Positions 13,583 through 25,715 of a stretch of DNA of 64,000 nucleotides are shown here, one piece after another (position 1 is the first letter of the stretch; every line of letters starts with the position of its first letter). The translations under genes were made by a program, and so were the position numbers. Below the pieces are notes generated by a model. The model saw only the letters and a list, made by a program, of their open reading frames with translations, was not told the DNA's origin and searched no databases. Source of the DNA: Adineta vaga (Eukaryota; Animalia; Rotifera); the NCBI GenBank assembly GCA_021613535.1, contig CP075495.1:6076001-6140000 (forward strand), written 5' to 3'.

Positions 13583-14430
13583 GTTTGTAATATGAATGTT
13601 TTGGGTTTAATCTAGAAAATAAGATAGTTCAATAGTTTCGATCAGTATGATCTATACAAATCAATGAAGAAACGAGAAACAGAAGAATGAAATCGAACGA
13701 GATGGAGAGGAAACTATCTCGGCATTTATTTCTAAGAAAATTGATTTATCAATAGAAACAATTGAACTGAGTATTCATTCTCAGTTTCTGATACTTATTT
13801 TGGAGAAAAATAAAAGAAAAAAATATTCATTTTGCGCATATTCATTGCAGTCAACTAGATATAAGAATAATGAACGAGAACATACAACAAAAAAAGAAGA
13901 AATAAAAAGATCTTTATATACATTTTTTTTTCTTCGGCAATCTATATTTTTGTTATGTTTACCATCGTATTTAAGAGAAAGAGAAAAACTCACTAGTTAT
14001 AATATTTTTGTCAAAAACTAATAATAATTTGTTTGACAAAAGATTTTCTGACGACATAATCAACATCTGGAAACTCATCTCCATGTAGATGATAGTACAT
14101 GATCATTTATTTCCGCTTTTATTCGTGACAATGTCATTTATTAACTAAAATACAGTGGACAACAAAGACTAATCATGTTGTTTCTATGAGGGTGAAAATA
14201 TCACTATGATATGAAATATTCATCGAAAAAATGAAAACTTAACAATGCATAGAAGATGTATATAGATAGTTCAATTTAGTTCATCATTTCAACAGAATAA
14301 TAATTCCACATACTAATCTATTTTGCATTTCTTTAGTGATGCAATTATAAAGTATAATCGATATTAGGGATATTTTTTTCCAAATGAATGAATTAAATTG
14401 ACTGCGATATTTTTAGCAGTGATAACATGT

Positions 14431-14460
14431 CTCTTTCTCTATCTCTCTCTCTCTCTCTCT
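14431..14460. repeat. Imperfect (CT)n microsatellite
   Basis: ctctttctctatctctctctctctctctct read directly. Confidence 0.85.
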
Positions 14461-14596
14461 AGTTGACTCATTCAGTACATGTATGAATAGATAATAAACG
14501 AAATCGAGCTTCACATGATCGTTTCCGAATGAAAGTCTCGTTTTTATTACGATTGAGATGATTAGTTTCTTTATATGTGTATATATAGATGAAAAT

Positions 14597-14622
14597 GAGA
14601 GAGAGAGAGAGAGAGAGGGAGA
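14597..14622. repeat. (GA)n microsatellite
   Basis: gagagagagagagagagagagggaga read directly. Confidence 0.85.
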
Positions 14623-16509
14623 AAAAGAATCGATCTATTTAGAGGGATTACCAATCGAATTGAACTAACGAATTAGAATGAAGGATGTCAACTATGGAAA
14701 GGAACAATTGTTTCTGCATCGTTTCTTCGCATACATACGAGCATGTGTACTCATAGTATTCTTTTCGTCATTCAATTGTCGAATTATAATTAGATTGCTG
14801 GATAAGATTCATTAAAAAAATCAATACACTACCGTAGTTCCATGATTTCTTTCGTTATTAACAGTATGTAGATTACGATTACGTTGGTACCTAAAATTAG
14901 GATGCTTAAGTCAAACGATATAAATTTCACAAGCTTCGTGAATTCATCTGTGACCCCAAAAGCTCGAATTGTTTGGCATAATATATATATATATATATCT
15001 ATAAGAAGAAGGGTATAAATTGATCGTTCAATCTATAGGCAAACAAAGCTTTTTATTCTTTTCTAGTCTGAAACGGGAAATTGTCAATGCGTTCACGGTA
15101 TTCTCTTGACGCTTCTAAACAAATATTCTCTTGAATGAATCGTAATAATATTATAACAAAAAAATGTCTATTTAAACACTATATAACTTGAGAAGGAGGA
15201 GGACAACAGAAAAGTTATGTTGCAACTGACAACATGACTATTAACCTCCTAGCTGTATTAATTATTTAACTTTTCATTTTAAAAAGTACAAGAGTAATAA
15301 TAAGAGCATACAAACAGTCAAGATATCAAATAAATACGATGCATAAATTTCCGTGAATAGAAATATAACTAAAAATACACGCAGTTTACCCTTCGTTTTT
15401 CTACACTATTGAGAATCAGACGTTAATTTAAATATAATAAGAAATAGAAGTACAATGACAGTGACCTACTACCAATATCTTCAATTTCCTATGTGTCCCA
15501 TATATTTGTTTATAATGTTTTACTTAGTTTTAGAATTCATGAAATATTTGTTATAAGTAAGTTCATAAAAACCGATTCATCGCAACTTCGATAGAAATAT
15601 ATCAAGAGTCCCTCTAGAGAATCTCATGAAAATAGAAACATATATACTCTAAATTAAGCATATTAACCGAGATAAAGAACTGCTATGTTTTAGTTTGAAA
15701 ACAAATATAAAATACTTTACAACAGAACAGCTGTGACAAGAATATAATCCAATCATGTCTTCTAGGCTTACTCAATTAACCACATTATCAATATTTGACA
15801 TACTTTACATGGAATGACTAAACTTCTGTGATTTTTTGACATATTTTGTCAATAAAAACATTATATTACATTCGTTTAGTACTGTGATACTCCTGATCGC
15901 TTTATCTTAATGACAAAAAAACGACTCGATGATCTTTTTCATTCTTCTATAAAAGTGCAAATATCTTACTGATGATGGCGAATACAAAGAACATAGCCCG
16001 TCTAACTTATCTTCTTTGATGCAATAAAATCGAGGAAAAAATAATCTCAATTTATGATCAATTCTTCCGCAAAGAAAGAAATCACATCATCGATTTGATT
16101 AGATCTGTCATATTAATGATACGGTAGAATTGAATGTCAGTCGTGCTAGTATTGCGAAGACAAACGATTTTCATATTGATCTAGTGAAGATGAATAACGT
16201 CAATATTAGTGAAGCGAACGAGAAGAATTCTGATGTATGAGTGAAGAAGTCTATCGAAATTTGAGTGGTATATTAAAAGCCACAAAATACTGAACGGAAA
16301 AGAGAATAGTCAAATAATAGAACTTCACTGATAGCAATTAGTAGTTATAAGTAAAGTAAAAGTAAATCAATATAAGAATTGTAAATATGAAGATACAATC
16401 AGTTTTTTTTCTACGACCATGAAAATCATAATATTTCTTTTTTTTTATTTCTATAGAAATCATCTTTAAAGGTACAACAAACAACAAATATATAGAAAAA
16501 TTAAATAGA

Positions 16510-19500
16510 CTATTGTTTAATTCCAATGATTTTCTTCAGTTCATATTTACGTTTTTTACTTAAATACTTTAATTTCTTAATCATATGTGAAAATCGTTGA
16601 ACAATATTATCATTTTGAAAAAGATGTTTATTTCGTTTAATTAATCTTAAACATGATAGAAAAAAGACATATTTACATTGATTGATTAATTGAATCGATT
16701 TTTGATTGAATATAAATGCTTTTCTAATTAACATTCGTAATGCTGAACGTATTGTACGAAATAGAAATAAACTTTTCGATTGAATATATTTTTTCGAATA
16801 GATTTCAACAAAACGAAAACATATTGCATGTAAACGTTTAAAATAATAACATGATAATGAATAGAAATTTTTTATCAATGTAATTCTAGTTGTATATAAA
16901 CGATCGAAATAATAGGAATGTGAACGAAGACTTAATGCATTTAATAATGATTGACGAATGTAATAACCTGGTTCACGTGTTACTTTAATTGTTAAATGAT
17001 TCATTTTTGTTTTGATATTTTCATTTGGATTGATTGAAACTAAGATTTGACGTGATTGAATATCGACAAGTGAACCCCAATATTCTACAGGACGAATTTT
17101 TTTCATTGTTTTATGACGAATATTTGTTTTTGTTTTCAAAGAAGTTTTCAATGGATTATTTATATGATGTAATTCATTCAATCGTTTATTCATATTTAGT
17201 TTAATACGACGAAGACGATAACGATGAGGAGAAATAATTAAAAGATCATCTTCATGACGAACAGCAAATTCATCATATAATGGACTAAATTTAATATCAT
17301 TATCAATTTTATTCAAATATATTTGTCCAAGCATTGAAGCTATACGTAAACCATGATTGATACCAATTGTACGACGATAAGTTTTGATCGGCGATGATAT
17401 CGAATAACGAGTATAAAGGTAGGAGCTAAAAAGAAATCGAATGATTGATTATGAATTATGTTGAAAAAAGTGAAATATCTACTTGTATAGTTGAGCACGA
17501 ATATATTTCAATAGTTTAGTTTTATCGTAGACTTCAATATGTCCTTCATGAATGATCATATCGTGAAAAATACCATTATTAACGAGTTTCCTATCATCAG
17601 TTAATGTTGAACACATTTGTTCATTTTCTTTTCCAACCCAATAAAGAGTTCGTCTACGAATAATATGACCATTACGATATTGTGTTTTATAAATCGTATG
17701 AATACATAAATTGAAGTTAAATTCACAATCATCAAGAAATTCAACAAGTGCCTGAAGTAAGATTATGTAAGAAGAAAACTACGAAGGGATGGAGAGCAAT
17801 TTAATGACAAACATAGAAATAGATAACATTTCTGAGTAGTATTACTAACTCAAAACTTTAGTATATGATATATTGTCTTACCTTATCAAGATAATCAATG
17901 TTAATTGAATCATAAAAATTCGAAACATCACTTCTCTACAAATCAAAGACAACAAACGAATCTTCAGTGTATTACTAGTAAAATGTAGTACATACGAGAA
18001 AATAAGTCATACTTCCGTCTTCAACTTTTGGTGCTGTTTGACAATATTGTTGCCATCGTCGATGCATTTCTACTCGATTAAATGTCGCAATACCCAATAT
18101 ATGTTTATTATGTCTTCGTAGATATTTCAATATTTCATTGGTATATTTTAAATGATTGATATTTTCATTTGTATTAATTTCTTTTTGAGCACATGCTAAA
18201 TAACGAACACTCGTTGTTTTCGGAACAAAACGTACTTTCCATAGATAACGAATATTATCGCAATCGTTTACAAATTCTTGATGAACCGTTGGAGCGCATG
18301 CTTTTTCGAGTAATTCGCGACGAGATCTTTGTTGAATAGCATGCCTATCGATTAAAAACCATTTGATTTTGAAATTTCAAAAGTTTTCTTACCAAATTTT
18401 ATGTCGATAGAAAACAAGAACCAATGGATGTGACGGTGACGATCCTTCTGTTGCATAAAAATAGGATCGAATTAATGTAAGAACATAGTGAATAAGAAAG
18501 TATATTAGATGACCAAAATATAATTGACGAATAAGTGATAATGATGATGATGATGATGAATTATTAGCAATCGTTGTCCATTGACATTTGGTTAATTTCA
18601 GTTTTTGCATTGCTTCACCTAATGAATATTGTTGTGTTCGTGGTAATTGAAGAATGAAACACATACGACGTATAAATAAATAATAATTTCGTTTTGTACC
18701 GAATAATTCAATAGGTAAAACATGTGTTAACCAAATACGAACAAAATTTTGTATAGTAGTTACAGGTGTTGTCAAAGATACTAATTGATCGAGTGTAGCA
18801 GTTGGTTCAGGAATATGATGATGAGTATATGTAAATGGTAATCGTGATCGACGACGAAGATAGAATCGATGATGGTTTGATCGAAATTGATCAAAGATTG
18901 GAATTAGATTTTGACGAATCTCTTCCTAAATATCAAATATTATTTTGTTTAAAAAAGTCGAAAAGTTTACATATTAATTAATCTCAATCTTCTTTTCGGT
19001 AATCTTTATAATTAATTAAGTGTTATTACCACTTCTTCTTTTGGTCGATGATTGAAAAATCCTTTGCTAAAATCTGAAGAAAAGAATGCTTCTACCAACA
19101 TTTCGCCGTTGAACGATTTTTCTATCGACGAATAAATATCGAATCGTTCAAATTTTGATACATGATAATGCATCAAATGACTTGGTATCAATGTTTCATA
19201 TAAATCTGTTAGATGTGCTTGTTGCCCTTGTTTTGTCGAATGTAAATGAAATTGTATTGTTCGTTTTCGTGTATTCATTTTCTTTGTTCGCGTATTGAAT
19301 AATTGTTTTTCGTTTGCTTTTCGAGTTATATAATAAGGTAGACTATAAAATGATTCATGTGTACCACTTAATTGTATAAATAATTGTCGTTTACGTGTTA
19401 AACATTCGATAATAGTAAATTCACTTAAAAGATATATTATAGCTTCATCAGCGAGGATTTTTCGTCGTTCAATCCATAGATTGGATAGAGAAATATGTAC

Positions 19501-19797
19501 TATTAAAGAATTTTTAGAAGTATAATCATAATTATTTGCTTTGATATCGATATTTGTTAAAAGTATATTCAAACGATTTTTTGTATAACAATTAATTAAA
19601 AGATTAGAAATAAATGATTGATTATCAGAAGAAATTTGTTTTCTTATAAGAAGTTCTTTCCATTGTCGATCTTGATTTTTTGTCATTTTTTTTGTTAAAT
19701 ATATTCCACGAAAAAGATCTTTACTATTAGAATCAATATTTGGTATTGTATGATGAAGAGAATATAATTCTGGATAGCAATTTTTAAGAATATTCAT
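16510..19797 (-). CDS. TERT: Telomerase reverse transcriptase, multi-exon
   Basis: QFP-like ...LPIELFG; T motif LIRSYFYATE...FYRHKIW; motifs 1/2 VRFVPKTTSVRYL; motif A YFLRSDVSNFYDSI; B' GINHGLRIAS; C VRHEDDLL; E YWGSLVD; basic C-terminal extension. Confidence 0.9.
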
Positions 19798-20127
19798 CCT
19801 GAATTATGAAATATCTATAGAAAAAAAGACAACTATTCATGTGGAAGGTACGGTATTGATACAAGAATAATGATTATATTTTGAATATTATATCTTCAAG
19901 ACTGCGACATCAATCAGTACCAGTATAATAAATTGTATCCTTTTTTATCACTTCATTAAATAATAGTATCTCATTGGATGATGTTTAGTTTTAGAGAAAA
20001 TATATTGAGTATAGAGGATGAAAAGAGATGTCACATATATTCGATATTTTCTTCCAATTAGAAGTTTGAAATACTTTTCACTTTATTTAAATGATAAATA
20101 TTCGATAAGATAAATCAAACTGTTTAA

Positions 20128-23100
20128 TCATTGTCTTCCGTCTTCGTTGGGATTTTCATAAAAGAAAAAAGCACCATCACGAAATAAACGTAATTGTCGC
20201 ATGCCGTGTTCATCAAACTTTTGCGATGTAGGTCTTGCTTGTCGTCGACGATCGTCCAAACTAGTAAAAAAATGATCTGTATCTCGTTCGGCATCATCAA
20301 TCCATTGTTCAAAATCTGGGACTCTATCCACAAGAGGTATATTCTGTTCATCATACTTTCGATCACTCATACTATCAAAAAATAACCATTGATGTTGTTG
20401 TACACTACGATTTTGACATCTAACGAAAGCAACATAATAACTTGTTTCAATACATAATACAGCGAACAAATTCAGTTTATGTTTCTTAATATCAATTTTG
20501 CGTAAATCATGACTATGCCATGTATCAGATGATGATGATGGATGTAAATCTTTTCTTAGACATTTGTTACAGTAACATACTATTGTAGCTTCAGTTGTTG
20601 GTCTAATATTCGATTCTTTTGAATAACAGTCAGAACAGAAAAAGAAATCACTCGGAGTTGTTTTATCATGATTTGTTTCGTTGCATCGAAGACACACTAA
20701 TTGTACAATATCATTATCAAGAGTGATTTGTCGATCAGGTATGATATAACGATATGAACGTTGTGAGAGTGTACGACGCGGTGACATCAATACAAGAAAA
20801 GGTGGAATCATTGCTAGTTTAGCTGGAATTTCCGAAAGTGAGTTACGAAAAATACTTGCAATATTTGTTGATGGTAAATTAAATGGATTAGCATCAAACA
20901 TTTCCCCTGTTAGAAACAAAATGAAAAAAATTTAAATCTCAAATGAATACTAAGAATAAACTAGACTTACAAATAATATTTGTTGTGATATTTGATCCAT
21001 CTGGTTTCGGTGATTGGTCAGGTACGATAGTTTTGAGTGGAGAAAAACTAAAAAGCTGTTCAAAGGATCGTAAAAATTCACTTGGATCATTTTCCATCTC
21101 TTTGAATGATGAATCATGCGTAGCTTCACTTAGTTGAGCACGAAGATGGAAAAGAGCATCACCTACTCATACAAAGATATTCTTTGAAACAAGAAACAAG
21201 TTCTGACATGATCATACGTTTAACAAAACCGTTGTTCTTATCACGAAGTACATAAACAATGTTCTCACGTAATATTGTTTGTAGTTTTTGTACTTCAGTT
21301 GATCGAACATCCATGTGTAATAGACTATCAAATATATCATTGTAAGCAAACATGCAGAAGATGGTTGCATCCATGTAGCATGAATTAGAGTCCCCTTCGA
21401 TACCTTTGTTTTTGCCTAATATTGGTTGATCAAGTGGAGGTAAGTTATTTTTCACAGTAGGTAGTTGATCAGTTGTTATTCGACCTTTTAAACGTTCATT
21501 ATTTAGCTTTTGCTTTTGTACATGATCATGAATACTTGTGACCGAAGCATAAAATCCTCTATTTGCGTTATTGAATACCACATGCATCTGATTACATTTA
21601 GGACAGTGTCCACTGTATCCTCTTATTGGTCTTTCACTTTCTAATGCATACAAATTTTCTGTACCACACAAAAACTTTCCTTTGATACAACACTGTTGAT
21701 CATTCAGTAGAATTGTTTTACCAATTAAATTTGTCTGGTTAGATATTTCACCGGTACCATTTGTATCAATAGGTCCTTTAGGGAAATTTATTGAGTAAGG
21801 TAAAACTTTAAAGATCAAGAAAAAGAATTCTGTTACCTAATGATTTCGATGTTTGAGTCAATGTTGGACCGCTTGGACGAGAATAGGCAGGTGCTCCTAG
21901 AATGACAGTTGTTAGTTGATTTGATGTTTCAAAGTCTTTTATATGGAAACGTTTTTTCATTGTCGCAAATAGACCACTCATACATGTTCAGATGGCAATC
22001 GTAGTTAGTAACCTTTTGTTTATATTTTATCTCTTTGTTAGGATGATATATTAGATTGATACAAGAATTTTTATGAGTAAATAAGAAAAAACTGATTACT
22101 CTAATTTCGTCGACAATCGCTTTTACAATTATTTCATGTTGAATACTCAATATATATTAGATTATGGTAACAATTACCAATTACATCCAGTCACAGTGAA
22201 AAGAGGTTATATTATAAGACATTAACTGATATTATATTTCTACTTTTATGTATTTATACATACCATTCAAATTTTCACGATACTGTGAAATGGTAGCTTC
22301 AGGTGACTTCGATGAAAATGTGTCTAAATAGAAATTATTCACACAAGAATTAGATCATATGAAACTCGGATATTTTATGCTAGTATAATGCATCTCATAC
22401 ATTATCTGTCTTAGTTCTTCTTTTCTAAATATTGACCTTATATTAAAAAACATACTTGATTTCGGTACCTCTGTTACACCTTGATATAGCTGTTCACGAA
22501 AAAGATTTCTTAGCTGATTGAATGTTAGTCTTTCCTTTGGTGATATAGCCCACGTTTTAATTATAATATTCCAGTATTTTGGACTACAGTTTGGCGGTTG
22601 CGGTAGAATATCACCATTTCGTACTCGGCGAACCACTTCATCATCATTTTGAATATTTGTCCAAGGTATTGTTCCTCGTGAATATGCCTCCCACATTAAA
22701 ACACCCATTGAATACACATCAGATTTTTCTGTACAATCACTCGATGATGTATTTGATGAAAGAATTTCTGGTGCGCAATATCGTTTTGGTATAATATTTA
22801 ATACTGTTCCTGCAGAAGTGACAGTTTGACTATAAATTTTACTGTAATGACTAAGTCCAAAATCTGTTATTTTCACTACAATATTTCTTGGATCGTTTTG
22901 ATCAAAACGAAATATAAGTACATTACGACATGCTAAATCACCATGAACCACATTATTCAATGCTAGATAACTCATTGCATCGATAATCTGCAGAAATATC
23001 TCTAGTAGAATTTTCTCTTCAAGCGGTTTTCTTTGTTCGGTTAACAATTCATAAAAACTACCTTCAGATGCATATTCTTGCAATAACATAATAGAACTTC

Positions 23101-23575
23101 CATCATCATCATCATCATCAGTACGTACTAGACCATACGTTCGAACAATATGTGGATGGCGGCTTAAATCAACATAGAATGAAGCTTCTTTATTTGCTCG
23201 AGCACCATCAATTTTTAATAATACTATTTCTGGACGACTATCACCAGTTGGCAACCATTCTGCATGATAGATAGTTTTTCCAGTAGTTTGAAACAATGGT
23301 CGACCTTTCTTCTTTTTAACATCGACGTCAAGTGTATAATGGAAATTCTTAGTTCGAGATGATGACTCGAATCTATCGATCACTTTCTTTATGGCATAAT
23401 TTGGGACTAAATGTTCCAATGATATTCCTTGACGAGTCATAGGGCTTGCACCATATCTTTGTATCCATTCTTCAATAGCTTTTCTCTCATATGTATGACC
23501 ATCTTGTGCTACAACTGGATCACGAAACATTTCGAGAGTAATGGGACATGTTAATGGATCCTCTGGCGTTTTCAT
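20128..23575 (-). CDS. Fusion protein: U-box + tyrosine-kinase-like domain + CYLD-type USP domain, predicted 922 aa in 6 exons
   Basis: Exons 23575-22456, 22323-22264, 21896-21837, 21775-21218, 21162-20971, 20906-20128 total 2769 nt, all GT-AG phase-1 junctions, no stops. U-box CPITLEMFRDPVVAQDGHTYERKAIEEW; kinase HGDLACRN/DFG/APE/SDVYSMG; CYLD motifs NSCYMDAT, ENDPSEFL, LFAVLCIETSYYVAFV, WLFFDSMSDR. Confidence 0.82.
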
Positions 23576-24094
23576 TATTTCTTTTAGATGTCTTTACAAA
23601 ACCTAAAATAATTAAAGCGTGATCTCGTTGAATACGTTACGATTGCTACGGGTGGCAAGAAAATGGTCTCAAAAACAAATATCCTCAAGATTAGTTTTTT
23701 CAATACACTTAATAGAAAAAAATGACACAATGGAAAAAACCGAAAATGACAATTCAAAAGGAATTGCCATGTTATATTTATTTGTCTTTCTGTATCCAAA
23801 AAACGTTTCATTCTGTTACCTTTACAGCTACACAAGGAAAACTATCGTAAAAGTCTATCACTTATAGTACTGTATGTCATATGATAAGGATATAACTGTA
23901 AGAGATATCGACAAACGATTGAAATTCAAATTTCTGATATAGAGTGAAAAAATTGAACGAAACAGATCATTATATAATGTCAGACATTATTTGATACGAT
24001 GCCAAGACAAATATTCAGAATTACGCGCAATATAGCTAAGAGAAAAAAAGAGACTTGAAAATCTTTTTTTTTCTGTATAAGAATCAATTCATTG

Positions 24095-25454
24095 ATGATT
24101 TTAGCTGCAGCTGCATGTGCTGCAGCTGGTATCTCTTACATATTAAATGATGATGAACAACCAACAAAGGCAACCTATGAATCCGTGACTGTATCATCAA
24201 CATTTGTCGATAAACAAGGAATCGTGAAATATATTTTTTATCCACAATGTCAAAACTCGTGTTTATTTATAAATCAAAAACAAAAAAGCACTCGTTCTGT
24301 TACGAATGAATATAAATTAAATCGATATCAATTACCGATGGACAATGTCAGACAAGTCGATAGATCAAATTTTAGACGAGATTTATCGTTGTGTTCTTCT
24401 GGTCAATACCATTGCAAGGTCGATTATTACAGACGTGTACAAAGCCATCATTAGTTGTCGAAAATCTGAATCCATTCCAACGAAACACCATTAAAATTAG
24501 TGTAGGAATTCAGAATGTAAGCAGAAATGCATTTTGATATGGATAAATGGATTCATAGGTAGTAAAGACGACTATATTCTTTTGTTCCAGGAACCATATG
24601 ACAAAGTTAAAATCTCTACAATTCCATCTGAAATCGTTTTTCCTAATTACGATCAATATTCATATCAAACAAATCAACAAAAAGATTTCTCTATATCTGA
24701 TAATACATATGATTCTTTATCATACAATACAACGATGAATGATGATATTATACCAATCGGAATATTGAAAAAGAATAAATTAGATATCAATGATAGAGAA
24801 AATATTCAAAAACGATTTTGTAATGAAAGACTATTAGGTAAATCGAATTGATAATAAACATTTCAGAAATTTTAATTATGTATCAAATGTACAGATACGA
24901 ACGAAAATGATGGTATGAAAACCATCATCTTAAATAATGTCAATCAATGTGTAGAAAATCTATCAAAAATTCTAAGTGAATCATGTTCAAGTGATGAAGA
25001 TCAATTAACAATATTAGAAACTTCATCGTCAATTATTTGTCCAATAAATAATAATAATAATAATAATAACCATCATAAACAAAACTCATCATGTATCGAT
25101 GATCTCAATTCGAAATATGAACATGACAATGTCAATTTCATTCAAACATTGCCAGATGGTATAATTTTACATCATGGTGAACATTTTGGTGTCTCATTAG
25201 GTGAACCTATGATACGTAAAAATAATCTTCATGAAAATCATTCAATTAATGAATTAAATCAATTATTATCAAAGACAAATTGTTTTCTGCTTCAACAATA
25301 TCATATTGAATTTATTGAAGATTTAATTCGATTGTATCTCGAACAAGGACAAGATCATTTTACTGCACTCATGATCAACTTATTTCAAGTTGATCCTTTA
25401 ATTGTTCAACAATTGAATAATGTACTTTTGAAATGGGTAGAAAAATTGACTTAA
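24095..25454 (+). CDS. Hypothetical multi-exon protein; 5' structure uncertain
   Basis: Three consecutive + strand ORFs joined by plausible introns (donor near 24517, acceptor near 24590; donor near 24838, acceptor near 24894). The first junction needs either a weak intron or a frameshift. No family recognised. Confidence 0.5.
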
Positions 25455-25715
25455 GCGACCTCTTTTCATACTATTTTTTCTAATTCATTTTCTTAATCGA
25501 AGTTCTATAAAACATTGTACAATGAATATTTCATTGATAAACTTGAAAAATTGAATTTGACTTCTAAAAAGATGGTTGTCAAGGTTATCCATAGAGATAT
25601 GAATTTAAATGGCAAACAAACATAGCTTCCGCGCTCACTACGGATTAGCTACCATCAACATTATTATTTTGATTTTAAAACATTGTTGTTTAGTAGAAAT
25701 ACAATACTTTTCATC

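Noticed and set aside
14187-14195. TGAGGGTGA, about 1.5 copies of a telomere-like hexamer downstream of TERT, as a possible telomerase RNA template
   Set aside because: A single 9-mer can occur by chance, similar words occur elsewhere (near 29912 and 43652), the telomere repeat of this species is unknown, and no supporting structure was seen.
16510-19797. Reverse transcriptase as a retrotransposon (Penelope/Athena or LINE)
   Set aside because: It has the telomerase-specific T motif and QFP-like region, no endonuclease or terminal repeats, and sits among single-copy host genes.
24092-24520. Pseudogene or programmed frameshift in the hypothetical gene
   Set aside because: The frame change could be explained by an intron ending at the TTTTAG at 24375; this cannot be decided without transcripts.
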